Shown here piece after piece: positions 11,459-24,183 of a stretch of DNA of 64,000 nt. Source of the stretch: Lepidodermella squamata. Lineage: Eukaryota; Animalia; Gastrotricha. Within the stretch, counting starts at the first letter, position 1; every line of letters begins with the position of its first letter. The stretch is taken from assembly GCA_047495785.1 (NCBI GenBank), contig JBLDXI010000002.1:2666001-2730000 (forward strand), in the 5' to 3' direction. Position numbers and translations under genes: made by a program. The notes beneath the pieces were generated by a model. It did no database searches. It saw only the letters and a list, made by a program, of their open reading frames with translations, and was not told where the DNA came from.

Positions 11459-12814
11459 ATGAAATCCTGCGAGATCTTTCTTCTCCTGATCCATATTACA
11501 GGCAATTTGAATCGGAGTAATTCGGAGTAATTCCTGAAATATGTTGCATATATTTTTCAGCATATGTGGCAAGTGCCGTAGTTTACAAAGCGGATGTTAC
11601 AAGTGGTGGCTTAGACGTATGAGATGAGCAGAAAATTTTATTTCTATAATCAATATCTTGGTATAGTCCCCATCACCTTATCTCGTTGACGTGTCCTTTG
11701 GCACACCTCCACAGACTTTCTCTTTGATGGTCGATTCCGGGTCGAAGCCATTACAGGTTGCAGGTTCTCAATTTGCTCGCTTCCTCGCTAACGGAATTCG
11801 AGGCTTTGACGAAGAAGAATCTTCGACATGGATTAACGCCACCAACGCAACGTCGGGGGCGATTCGGGCGAGAGAAATTGTCTACGGCAGTGCCACTTTA
11901 TCTGCAACATTTGGCTATGACGACATTTCTTTCGGCAATTTTAAGGTGGGAAATACAACAATCGCTGTCACTTACGCCTGCCCATCGGGCAATCCACCGA
12001 AAGGTCACTCAGGTGTCGTCGGATTAGGGTGGCAGAACTATCAAAGAGGCTGTGCAAGAACCTCGCCTTCCTGTATTCTACCAGCTCTAATGCGAACCGC
12101 AGTTGCAAACGGTAACCAACCTCTGTGGAGTATTTACCTCACAGCTAGCTCCGGTTTCACTATTGGTGGCCTGAATGTTGGAGTTATCGATTCAGAGCAA
12201 TATTCGGGAAGGTTAACCTACACTCCCATGACACAGAAGGGACTTCGCGATTTCAAATGGTATTTGAATATGAAAGGAATTTCAGTAAGTACGGATTATT
12301 CGATGTCTTTCTAAAACGTAATTATTACTCTGCTATAAAGGTTGCTGGAGATCCGGAGGCTTGTTTAAATGGGCGTTGCTATCTTCTTCCCGATACAGGC
12401 ACCACGGACGCGATTGTCTTCCCTTCATTGGATGTCGTCACTACTATTGTAACAGCTTTGAACGCGACAAAAGCTTGTGCCAGGTGCCAAGATACCGCAG
12501 ACTTCTGGAATGGCACCAACTGGGGTTGGCCATGTGATCCATCGCTCGCTGTATCTCTCCCTAGTTTTTCGCTAGATTTCGAGAATGGAAAAATGGTTAT
12601 CCCGCCAACTGTCTACCTCGGATCTCACCAGATTACCAAGACCAAAGGCTGGTGTTCACTAGGACGGGGTATTTTTAAAATGACTCGAAACGCAGAAAAT
12701 CAAGTTACAGCTGGCAAGCCTATCATTCAACGCTATTACAATGTTTTCGATGTCGGCAATATGCGGTATGGCTTTGCTCCGGTGACTGGCCTGCCTGCTC
12801 AGTTCGCCGGATAA
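11459..12814 (+). CDS. Secreted pepsin-family aspartic protease, copy 3 (4 exons; alternative ATG 11447)
   Basis: MKSCEIFLLLIHITAYVASA; MVDSGS; LPDTGT; YYNVFDVGNMRYGFAP; same three intron positions. Confidence 0.92.
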
Positions 12815-13292
12815 ATGAAAATGGGGTTTGAGATGACCAGAAATTCATATATTCTAGCTTGCGAGTTTATAAAATATAAATATATGCAAAACTGTCCCAT
12901 TCTTGCCCCAGTTATTTTCATCCAGACAGTTTGAAAATTAAAGGATATGACGACATCCTGGGACTATTTACTCAACAGGTGCATGTGCGAAGGCGGTTCC
13001 TTTTCTTGAAATTCCGTCTGCATTTCATTGAGTAAATAACAATGCATTGTAGATAGGATTTCCGTTGAGCAAATATTATAACAATATAATACCGTTACAG
13101 TTGACTCCTGTGTCGCGCGTTGCCGAAAATACACCGACTCAATTTCACGCCTCCTCAAGAGAGACTATTCTAGAAGTATTCAAGAAAGATTTCTTACAAC
13201 ATAGGAAACGTCATCGAACACGTTTCATCCGTTTATTTACCGTCTTTATTCAGGTAATGTCTGCGGGTGTACATGCACGTGATGGATGAGAA

Positions 13293-13299
13293 TATAAAG
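13293..13299 (+). promoter_or_regulatory. Probable TATA box of protease copy 4
   Basis: TATAAAG ~55 nt upstream of the ATG at 13349. Confidence 0.5.
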
Positions 13300-13348
13300 G
13301 GCGAAGCTGCAGATCAGACAAACAATTTCTTACAAGCATTTGAAAGAA

Positions 13349-14806
13349 ATGATGAATTACATTGTCATCGTTTTGTCCTTGCTCAGTTCGACACTGAACT
13401 CAGGTCTGTTAACCGAGATTGGCCCAAGGATCTTTAATTTTGTCTTTAAATTCCAGCCAATGCCCAGTTGGGTCGGCCAGGTCAACCCGGTCAGCCAGGC
13501 CAGCCTGGTCAGTCCGGCAAGGTCATTTACACCGCACCAGTCACTTCATTGGGATGGTGGGTAAGTAAAATCTAAATTCTTACATGAAGTTGAGCTGCAT
13601 ATGCTTATTTGACAGACTACATCGCCGTACTTGGTGCAAGTCACATTCGGTGTCCCGAAACAAACGTTCCCGCTGATGGTTGACTCTGGCTCGAAGCCTT
13701 TGCAAGTCGCCACATCCGCCTTCGCTTCGTTCTTGAACAACGGCATTTCAGGCTACAATGTTCAACATTCGAACACTTTCGTCAACGCAACGCAAACCGG
13801 CGTACTGAAAGCTAGCCAGATCACATACGGTAGCGCTGCGCTGGCTTGCACCTTTGGCTACGATACTGTGAATTTCGGCAATTTTAGAGTACCGAAGACC
13901 ACGATCGCCCTAACGGATGCTACTGTATCGGGTAACCCGCCCAGAGGTCATTCAGGCGTAGTCGGTATGGGTTATCAGGACTACACTCAGCCCTGCGTCA
14001 CTTCTGCTCCGTCTTGCATCCTTCCAACGCTGATCCAAGCTGCAGTTCAAGGCGGAAATATGCCAGTTTGGACAATTTATCTAACATCTGTCTCAAACTT
14101 CACTTCGGGGGTAAGTTTGCTATAATTGTTACTTACAGTGCATTATTCTTTCTCATTGAAGGGCCTTAATATTGGTACGATTGATAACACGCAATATTCA
14201 GGAACTATCACCTATTCCAATGTCACCCCTCTCGGTAAGTCTCAATCGAAATGGTACGTTGGCATGAACCAGATTTCGGTGAGTTCAACTTCGATTTTTG
14301 GAGCTTAAGCCTAAATGCCGTTTGCATCTCAGGTCAGCGGTAAGCCAGTCGCTTGCTTGAGTGGCAGTTGCATCGCCCTGCCTGATACTGGCACAACTGG
14401 CAACATCATCTTCCCATCTACCGCCATTGTGACAGCTCTGGCTCAGGCTCTTGGAGCAACGCAACAATGCAAAACGTGCCAGGACAGCGCCCAGGCATGG
14501 AATGGTACAAATTGGGGCTGGCAGTGCAGCCCATCCTTGGTCAACACATTACCGTCGTTTACCCTCGACTTCAACGGGGGCAGTTTGGTCGTCCCGCCAG
14601 CTGTTTATCTAGGCGCAAATCAGATAAATAGATCATCCGGTTGGTGCTCTCTGGGTGCAGGAATTTTCCAAATGAATCCGAATACCAACAACCAAATCAC
14701 AGTTGGGAAACCAGTTATTCAACGCTACTACAATGTTTTCGATGTTGGTAACGCTCGCTACGGTTTTGCTCCGGTAGTTGGCCTTAGCGGCATTCTAGCT
14801 GGTTAG
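13349..14806 (+). CDS. Secreted pepsin-family aspartic protease, copy 4 (most divergent; 5 exons; short G-X-Y repeat after the signal peptide)
   Basis: MMNYIVIVLSLLSSTLNSANA-QLGRPGQPGQPGQPGQSGK; MVDSGS; LPDTGT; extra intron 14111-14161. Confidence 0.92.
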
Positions 14807-14918
14807 AAATATTCAAAATTGAAGACAAACCGGTGCATTTTACCCTGAAATTTACCCATTACAATAATTAGACAACCATATAATAACAAAGAATCCATTA
14901 ATAAAGTCCCTGCGTCAA

Positions 14919-15816
14919 TCAACTAAGGTCATTGCAACATTCTTTGCAGTACATTTCTTTGCCTTTGTGCCAGTAGAAACCGTCATGGAGAGAATCTTCA
15001 CAGGTCGCGCATATGTAGCAATCGCCGTGCCAGTGATAAATGCCATTTGTCGATGCCACGAGCTGCTCGTTTTTGCTGTGTTGTTTCACTCGTTTTTTGC
15101 AACATCCACAAAGTTTCCCCGTGACCTCATCGTAACATTCACGACAGAACATTCGACCCAATCCCTGGTGGATGAAAGCGCCACCTTCTGTTTCATTTAG
15201 CGACTCCAGGCACTTGTAGCACTTGAAGCACCCCTCGTGCCAATGATATTTTCCATCGATTGATGTCAGTTGAACTTCGCCACGGCTGTAACGTTTTATG
15301 TCTTCGGTGCAGGCCACGCAAGCATCGCTTGAATTGGCGTCCATGCATTTATCGCAGTTAATTTCATGGCGATCATTGCGGTAAAATGGCCTATCCATAA
15401 GGGGGATCAAACAGCTTGAGCAAGTGAAGCATCGTTGATGCCAGCTGAGATCAGGCCGGGACTCGCAGCCCAGCCTCTATTTAAATTTGAAATGGTTGAG
15501 CCGTAAATTGTATTTATCACACTTACTACATCGCCGTTTGTGCAATCGAAGCCGATCGGTTTCCTGCATTTGTCACAAAGCTCAAACGTGATCGTTTTCG
15601 CATCGTAGCTAACGATTAGAGGTAATACAATCGGGTTTAGTTGTTCCGCCTTATGTTTCAACGTTCTCCGCGCTTTCTAGTTAAAAGCAGCAAAATTTAA
15701 AATTAGACTCATCTTATTATATTCGTGCTTACTATAATTGGAATATTGGCAGCGGAAATTTTCTGCACCTCTCGAGCGGTTTGCCGTATTTTCGCATCAT
15801 TTTGCGCGACTTTCAT
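14919..15816 (-). CDS. Protein with three LIM domains (testin/prickle/FHL-like). Exons 15816-15769, 15676-15527, 15476-14919; start uncertain
   Basis: CDKC..WHQRCFTCSSC..CDKC; CVAC..WHEGCFKCYKC..CREC; CGCC..WHGDCYICATC..CKEC. Confidence 0.85.
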
Positions 15817-16756
15817 CGTGAAATAAACTACTTGTATACAAGGTTTTACGATCGAAAGAGGCAACTTTCGATTTATCCTATTCTGTCGAGTAACTGGCAA
15901 ACATTGAGTTGTTACCGCCACGTAGACAGCTGAATGTGTTATGACTTCTCAATAATTAATACGTCATACAGTTTCGATGGGAGTACTTGCGTCAAATTCA
16001 GCTGGAGGTGATCGCAATATTTTGGCCCTGAATAATTTATGAAGACAATAAAAACGCAATAATACATTTCGTAGTAGCTCCCAATATTTTCAAGTGAGCG
16101 ATCAGTATGTGAGATGGACGACGCTTTAAGAGTCCATCTATGGCTATAACTACGTCCATCTATTGATGTCATCTTTGATTTTTCATCTTGAACCTGAACG
16201 TTCAAACCATCCCTACATGCGCATGGTAACATTTGCCATAGGGATATTATTGCTGAATTTTCTGTATGGCTCAATAAAAGATTTTAAGGTGGATTTTTTA
16301 TTCAATTTCTTCAATCACTAGTTTCCTCGCCTTTTTAGCTAGTATAGTATAGGTATAGTCGCTATGGATGTTTTATTCAATTCCACGTAAATTCGATACT
16401 CTTTGAGTGGTCGTGGTCATTTTCGGCTGGACCCGTTTGAGCTTGGAAAAAAAGCAAGGCAGTCATCATTAGAGCCATGTAAAGAGTTTTGCCTTCAGCT
16501 GGGTATTCGACTTTCTGCACTGCATCAGCAATTGGCTCAGTCATTTTTATCTTGAGCTTTTCGCCAATTTCGCTGAATTAATGTGATGAAAAAAACTCAA
16601 CCCAAAATTCGACTTCTCTTTTTATTCAATTGAAAAATCACATCAAATTCGCGAATGACTGGTGAAATAATGAGAAAGAATGAAATTGGCAAGAAGAAGA
16701 AATGTGACTAATTCGAAAAAAAATCCAAGAAAGAAATTATGTAAAATTCAACCAGT

Positions 16757-19700
16757 CTAGTAAAAATCGTCGTCAACCGCCAACTTCCCCTTCGACTTGT
16801 CCGCCGCGTGCTGCACCTGCTGCTGGTTCGCATAACGGCGACACATGTTCTCCGACGTCGTCGACTCCTCCGGCTTCTTGTCCGGCCGCGCGCGCACGTA
16901 GCGCGGGAACCGCAGCGAAACGCCCCGATCCGGCGCACCCGGTATCGAGCCCAGCCCACTCGTGTGGATATTCGACAGCGACAAATCAGCCGCGCGGATT
17001 TCCCAAACAACGCTAGGCTCCAGCCAAACATTCGGCTCAGGCAACCCGGGTGACTTCTTCACGTAAGACGGTGCCGGGGCGCCTTGAGGCCGGGCAGAGG
17101 GCATCAACTGCTCGGTCAGTTGCTCCAACAACTCGTCGCTAAGACCTGTCCCGAGTTTGCAAACAGTCTCGTACTGATCGTCCAGGGCGTCGTACGAGGC
17201 TAGCAAGAACGCGCCCAGCCGGCCGGTTCGTTTCCCGGCACCCCAGTACCCGCCAACCACGACCAGGTCGACGGAATCGCCGCCCATGCCCGCCGTAGTA
17301 GACGTACCCTCGCTTTCGATGTAGTCCTTCTTGAGCTTCAACCAACACGGCGCTCGTCTCGCGACCATGTACTTTGAGGTGGCTGTTTTGACGATGAGAC
17401 CCTCACAGCCGTCCTTGACCGACTCCTCCAGCCACTGGCCGACTTTTTCCTCCACTTCATGCTCCTGCTTATCGAGATCGATTTCGCACGAAACCGCCCA
17501 TTCGACCAGGCCGGAGATTGGTTGCATACATTCGCGAATTTTACGCCGCCTATCTAGCAAAGTGTAGCCAACAAGCGATTCGCCTTCGATGTAAATGCAA
17601 TCGAAAATGAACGCGATCGCTTGATACGCGGGTACTGACGACTTTTCCGGCTTTTCCGGGTCTTTCTCCCTAGCGGCAGCTGCGGCTTTCTTCTGTTTTT
17701 CCTCCTCCTCGGGGGTGACTTCTTTCCGCTTACGAGCTGCCAGCATTTGGAACGGCAAATGACGGCCGTTTGAATCAACTGCCACAATCTCACTGTCGAT
17801 GATAAGGGTGTGACCTTTAGCAGCCGGCAGGACGGCCTCGGTTGCAATACGGTTCGCAACTTCGCTGAATCGGACCGTGTGGTCTTCCTGGTTTCGCGAA
17901 TAAATCTTCACCGTCGGCTTTTCGTCCTGTTTCGGGTAGAAAATGTGAATCTGCGCCCGCTCGCCGTCGTACTTGTACTCACAGGCCAAAATACGGCCTG
18001 GCTTTTCGTCCTCCTCACCAGGCAACTCCGCCAGCTCTTCCTTCGCCAATGCGCCTAGTTTTTCAACGATTTCATGCATCGACTTGGCGGGTTGGGCCAA
18101 CATCGGCTTGATAGGTAGGCCAGGAACGATCGGGCAGGATTTAGGCAAGTCAAGCAGGGCGGAAACCGGGTCGTCGGATTCGTCATTAACAGCTTCAATC
18201 AAAGCTTTCGTCACTCGGTCGACATCAGGGCAGTGGGCAAACGCGAGACGGAGAGATTTCGCGATTTTATCCAACGTAGGCTTATCTTCACCGTATTTCA
18301 CCCGCTCTTTCGGCGACTTGCATTTCGCGAAAATCGCCGAGTGGGCCAAAGCGATAAGCACAGATTGCTCGGCTAGACCGACGCGAAGTTTCCCGGTTAG
18401 AAGCCGGACTAGAAATTTCGCTTCAACCGGCTGGCAAGTTGTCAGCATTTTCGCAATCGCATCGACGCGGCTGTTTTGCGAAGACTGGCCATGTAATGCC
18501 GCGATTTCGTGAAGTTTCGCGAAGACACCCGAAATCGTCAAACTAACAGGTTTACTCAACGAGAAGCCCAATTTCGGCTGAACTTGCCGGCTGGTCTCGG
18601 CCACCTCGCCGATATCACCCCGCTGTTGTAAATCCTCCTTAATTTTTTGCAAAGTACGACCTGTTGCTTTAGAAATTGACTTCAGGAGGACGGTTTCGCC
18701 AACACTCGTCTCAACACCCATATGAGCCGGGGCAATGACGCCCAGGCACAAATAGACAGTTGCTGGCAAATCTGATGGCGATAAGCGAATGATAGATGAG
18801 AAAAAGTTTGCCACTGTCTCCATGGTTCGAAGGCGACTCGAAGTTTTCTCAGCGTAATCCAAAGTACGGGCCAAACACGAAAACGGAGTTCTGAAATACA
18901 AGTGAATTAGTATAAATCACCGAAAATTCAATAAATCCCACTTTTCACCCAATTTCCAAGTTGCACTCGTAATAGGGTCGTATTTTTCTTGACTAGGGTC
19001 ATACTCGCCAGGATTCGCAGCAGGAACAACAGCGGCTTCAGCTTTAACCGCGATTTCTTTCGCCTCTTCCTCCTTAACAATCAATTTTGTTTCAGGTTCC
19101 GCTTTCGGAGTGGTTTTAGCCAACTTTGACGGTTCGTCTTTCGAGGCTTTCGGTTCCAATTTCGCTGTTTTAGCCGGCGTCTTCTTTTTAGTCGCTGCAG
19201 GTGATTTCGCCTTGGTTTTTGGCTCCTTTTTCGCCGAGGCAGGCTTTTTAGCCGCTGGCTTTTCTTTCTTCTCAACTTCCATTACTTCCACGTCGTTATA
19301 ATCGGTAGATAAGCTCGATTTGCTGGAAGCAGAGCTCGAACTCGAGTCGATTCGGCGCCGTTTCCGAACAGCCTTAGCTGCGGGAACACTGTTTTCCGAC
19401 CCAGTGTCGTCTATCGACTGCCTGGACTTTTCACTTTCCGTGCTAGGCGATATCACAGCTTTCTTCGACTTTTTAGTCTTCTTTTCGGGTTTAACAACAA
19501 CCTCTTCGACCGATTCTTCATCGCTATCTAGCTTCTTACTCTTCCTAGGCGACACAGCGACGAGGGTTTTCTGCGGTGAGGCCTCCAATACCAGTTGGGT
19601 TTTGACCTTATCAATAGCAGAAGGTTTCACGGGTGATGTAGGGACTTGTGGTTTGTTTTGCGGAGAAGATAGCACCTTTTTTATTTCAGTAGTAGTGCCT

Positions 19701-19815
19701 GAAGCCGATTGCGCTGGCGGACTCTTAGCTCCGAAAAATGATCTGAAATATACACAATTTTCAACTGGACTGAAATATTAGCGATTAAAACTCACGTTAT
19801 GGATCTTTGAGCCAT
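16757..19815 (-). CDS. LIG1: DNA ligase 1 (3 exons)
   Basis: N-terminal PIP box MAQRSITSFF assembled across intron 1; Lys/Glu-rich linker; EYKYDGERAQIH active site; EGLIVK; WLKLKKDY; SLRFPRY. Confidence 0.97.
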
Positions 19816-20037
19816 AGTTTGTGGCGTGAGAAACGAGCTAGATAATCTCGCGAACAAGCGACAACGGGTCAAATGAGAAAAAAGTAAAGCCGTTTAAGGC
19901 GTTTGCAAACCTATACTGCCAAATTACACAATTAACAGTAATTTACTGCGAATGAAGGCATTAAAGAAAATAAATGCTTTGATGCAAAAATAAGTGCACA
20001 TTTACAGTCAATCGGAACAAGATTAAATAACCATTAA

Positions 20038-21114
20038 TCAAGCTCTTTCAATCATTGAATACATGTAAACCGCAATTTTAGGAACGAAGAATGCCGTGAT
20101 GAAGACTGATAACAGATTTACAGCGTGATTGTTCAGCAAAGGGTAGCCAGAGATGCGAAGTATCTTACGCTGTTCCAAAGAACCTGAATTCCCTTTCGTC
20201 GGGGTAATTTTAGCAGGATTAGGAGACTCGACAATGCAGCCTGTAAGCGAGTCAACCCCGGAATACTGCAGAGTAGCGCCCAAAAACGAATCGATAACGG
20301 ACCCAACGAAACCAGCAATTACACAGAGCAAAATAATATAAAGCTGTGAAGGAGTGCGCTGTAAAATTCCCGAGGGTACAGTGAGAACAGTGCAAATCCA
20401 TGCGCCAAATCCGACGCAGCCTCCGCCCACTGCACTGAAGAATAGTCCTAAAAATGTTACACCGCCATTTGTACCAGCGGGCACGCGTTTCCAAGTTGTA
20501 ATAAGATGTGGTTGAGCAGAAGTCAATACTGGAGCCAACTCGGAAGCCAAGGTATCGCCGGCAACACATGAGAGGGCGCCCAAAATGGCACAGGCCCAAT
20601 ATGACCCGAAGTAATCGGAAGAGAAGTCAAATGGAGATTCAGCATCGGGCCCATGGTCAAGCATATACAAAATTGCGAGCTCGGCTGGGACGATGCCATT
20701 GCACAAAACTTGAACGCAACCCCTCTGACCACCAGATTTGAAATGCGGGTCAATTTGACGCTTCAAATGCTGTTTGAAGCGGGTAGCTTTCGACGTTGCC
20801 ATATACATCGCAAGCAGTGCGCCAAAAAACGTAAATGAAGATAGCGTCAAGATGAAACCAACAAAAAAAGCAGTAATACTGCCAGACAAGCTCAATGACT
20901 TCTTTCGATAACCATATCTACATATGAATGCAGTCGCCAAGACAGCGAAGAGCCATCTCCAAGGAGTAATCTGAGAAACTGAAGCACCGGCGACGTCAAA
21001 ATTAGCACGTTGGTAGAACAAATAGTTGAAGATTCCAGCAACGGTCATCAAACAAATAACTACAGGGAATGAGGCGAGGACAAGAAAATTTGGGCTCAAG
21101 CCCGCTTTAGCCAT
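20038..21114 (-). CDS. TMEM19: Transmembrane protein 19 (DUF92 family), single coding exon
   Basis: RKKSLSLSG, GGQRGCVQVLCNG, GDTLASEL, VPAGTNGGVT, IDSFLGATLQYSG, LNNHAVNLLS. Confidence 0.93.
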   Translation of the reverse strand: MAKAGLSPNFLVLASFPVVICLMTVAGIFNYLFYQRANFDVAGASVSQITPWRWLFAVLATAFICRYGYRKKSLSLSGSITAFFVGFILTLSSFTFFGALLAMYMATSKATRFKQHLKRQIDPHFKSGGQRGCVQVLCNGIVPAELAILYMLDHGPDAESPFDFSSDYFGSYWACAILGALSCVAGDTLASELAPVLTSAQPHLITTWKRVPAGTNGGVTFLGLFFSAVGGGCVGFGAWICTVLTVPSGILQRTPSQLYIILLCVIAGFVGSVIDSFLGATLQYSGVDSLTGCIVESPNPAKITPTKGNSGSLEQRKILRISGYPLLNNHAVNLLSVFITAFFVPKIAVYMYSMIERA

Positions 21115-22305
21115 TTAAAACCGATTCTATGTTTATCAGAAGTAGGAAAAAAATGGTCAGTAGATGAGTAGATGAAACATCAACACAAGCAGCAATCTCC
21201 TATGCACAAGACTTCAGTTAATGACTCCTGATAAACACACAATTCTATTGATTATATACGTTGTGGGAATTTGTTAAACGGGCTGAATCACAAGGTTTCC
21301 ATTCCCCGGCAGACAGTGGTGAAGTAACGATCAATGATCACAGCCATCAACGGTCACCGGTCATCTCAGGTTCTCGTATCGGCCATATTTACAATCATTT
21401 CAAGTTCAAATTTGAAAGTCAGCACTATTATTGAGAGCCTAGGCTGAATAAGATCGAGCTTACCTCCAGCTTACTGGCAGCTAACCGCTAAACCGCAGAC
21501 TCAAAAGACTTCAAACTTCCAACTTCCCTCGCTGGTTTCCTTTTTACCGCCAAAAATTAATTTAAAAATTCAAGTTTCTTTTTTTGAGCTAAATCAGTTG
21601 CATAAAATTGTTAAATGATTATTTATTTATTTTTTGATGAAGGTTATTTAAGGTCAGCTGACGGTGTCACGTGACTTTAATCGATGAATTCGTTGGACTT
21701 CACCCTTGGAAGAGAAAGTGTGTATGATTGGTGGCGCTCCCGGCACTTTCCAGCTCAACCTCTGTTGTTTAGCGACTTCGGTTTCGAGCCTCTGACCCGC
21801 ATATGCTCGCTCCTACAGCTCAAGGGCTCGAGATAGCTCCAGACTTATGTGGGCTGGTCCGAACCCAAAGGGAAACCAAGATCGTTATTAGAGTTGAAGG
21901 CAGTTATCGGTGTCAGTAGTACTATAGCGGCATTGCAGTTCGCCAGGATGACATTCGGACTAGTCACAACACAAACGCTGATATTTTGGCCAGGATGGAT
22001 AGTCGCTATGGCTTATGATCGGCGTCCTACCCTTTCAACTTCCATATTCCTTCCCCGGCTCTAGTTGAAGTACTAACTTTTTTCTCAAATAAATCAGGGT
22101 ATTAAAGTCGCTTGCTCCTGAGTTATACTTCTAGGTGCTGATTTTAGCTGGTTTTGATATTCATGATATTTATCATGCACCATAAGTGTTGCTCGACTGG
22201 TAACTCTTCCTACGGCTAGATCTCACCCCGGGCTCCTCCCGAGCCTTGATTCTACTTAATGATTCAATGACTGTTTTCAATGTGTTGGTAGTTGATTCTT
22301 ATTGC

Positions 22306-24183
22306 ATGGCTAAATTGATTGGAGTTTGCCCGGCTAACGCTGATAAATATCACCTTGGTGCAAAGCAATTGCTATTTTCATTTGATGAAGCTCGTCGAGT
22401 AAGTTTTACTGTTTTTTTCAACTTTGTTTATTCTTCCGTAACATAGATGATTGTCGAATTCACCGAAATTGTACCACAGCCACTGGAAAAAATGTCGTGT
22501 TGTGACTGTTCTGATTGCTCGTGTGTGGTGAATTCCCCGCTGTCTTCTAAAGACTTTACCAAGGCGTGTGTTTTGTCATCAGAGGAAGTTCGGATACTAT
22601 TGTTGGACTCTGTTAATTGTATAAGTTGTCGCAAGAGTGCGGAGGATATGCTTGTTTTAGCTGCTGAGCACAGCTGTCATGCTTTGGATCCACTGGTTAT
22701 TACTGCTGATCATTCTGTGGTAATTGATAGTCGTTTTCATAAAACTGGGGATTGGAGGTCGCTATACCACCTGTTGCACAGCCACGCGTAAGTTTACATC
22801 GATGATGTATTGATAGGGGCTGACTTGATTTATGTTACTCAGAGATGCAGCATTACAGCAAATGGAAAGCATACGTTGTCGACGCTCGTGCCATCCATGT
22901 AGATGCCCTTTTCATTCATTGGAGTCGCAACGACCTAAAACCTCAACGGCTTGGCTGGATATCTGGGCAAATTTGAATGATGATTGCCGGAAAGAGATCA
23001 TCCTTATCAACAGCAAAAGCCTTCTTGAAACTGTCAATTCATTCCTGCGAAGAAACAAGTTTTGCTCCGCGTGTAGAAGCAGAGTTCTTTCAACTTATGA
23101 CGTCTTAGTGGGACACGAAGATCCTGATCACGTGTCTGGCTACTGTGCAAAAATCTTTGGCAAATTTACCGCTTGTTCATCTTCTAATCATATTCATATG
23201 CCTTGTGATGTCGACTTCATATCTTCTTTAATTGCAAGAGCTGAGCCCGATCTGGCTGGAAAGTATGCCATAATTTCATCACGTTTTCTTTTTAATATGT
23301 TTACATTGCCTTATCTTATCGCAGTAATGGGGAGCGACATGCAAATACAATCGAAGCAGCCCAGGAGGAGGTACTAACATGCATTGGCATTCACCTAATC
23401 GAAAAATTTCATCGCTTGGCTGTTCGCATTCGAGCTGAAAGCAACACCTGGAACTTGCTTAGCTATACCTGTCTTTTAGGGTTAAAACGAAAAATAGACT
23501 CGTTTATCAACCAACAGCAAAGCTTAGATTTCATCGAGGCGTTGTGTGCTGATTCAGTTCAGCGACCGATTCCAAAGAAGAAGAAAAAGCCAAAGAAAGG
23601 GGTCAAAAAATCGAAAGAAAAGGCTACTGTTCTAGTTTTGGCTTCACCAGCGTTATCGGATGTTGAAGATGACAACGGATCTAGTAGCGAGGCGGAGTTG
23701 AGTGTAGACTCGCCAATCAGACCAGTTAATTCCAAGTGTTGCTCTCTTACTGGCGGCAAATGTTGTTCCAAATATTGTCAGTGTCGATGCAACGTAGCAG
23801 GTATATCTATGGAGAAATTCAATAATGAAGCGGTTGTTAGCAGTCCTTTCGCAACCATTCCAACTCGCTTTAATTCTTCATTCCTGATCGAGAGTGACGA
23901 GTCAGGTTGTGTCGATTCGCCGGCTTCAGTTCGTTCCAAGTTGACTAAGCGATCGTCAGATGCTGGTCTGCTGAGTGAGATGGATTTCGACGACCCCGGT
24001 TTCATTTCAATTTTGGGTGGCGATGATGAAGATGCGGGTAACTCTGGTGCATTGTCTGACGAAGATTTAAGATTTATTGATTTGAACGAACTGCGAAAGC
24101 AGCGTGATGCTGAACGTCAGCGCGTTCGAGAAAATTTTTACACCCGTCTCGAGCAGCTTGCGGCTTCAAAAACTTCCAAATAA
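22306..24183 (+). CDS. GGNBP2: Gametogenetin-binding protein 2 (ZNF403)-like, paralog a (4 exons)
   Basis: MAKLIGVC..KQLLFSFD..MIVEF N-terminus; CISCRKS; RCPFHSL; RNKFCSACRSRVL; LIARAEPDL; poly-K; LRKQR..VRENF C-terminus. Confidence 0.88.
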
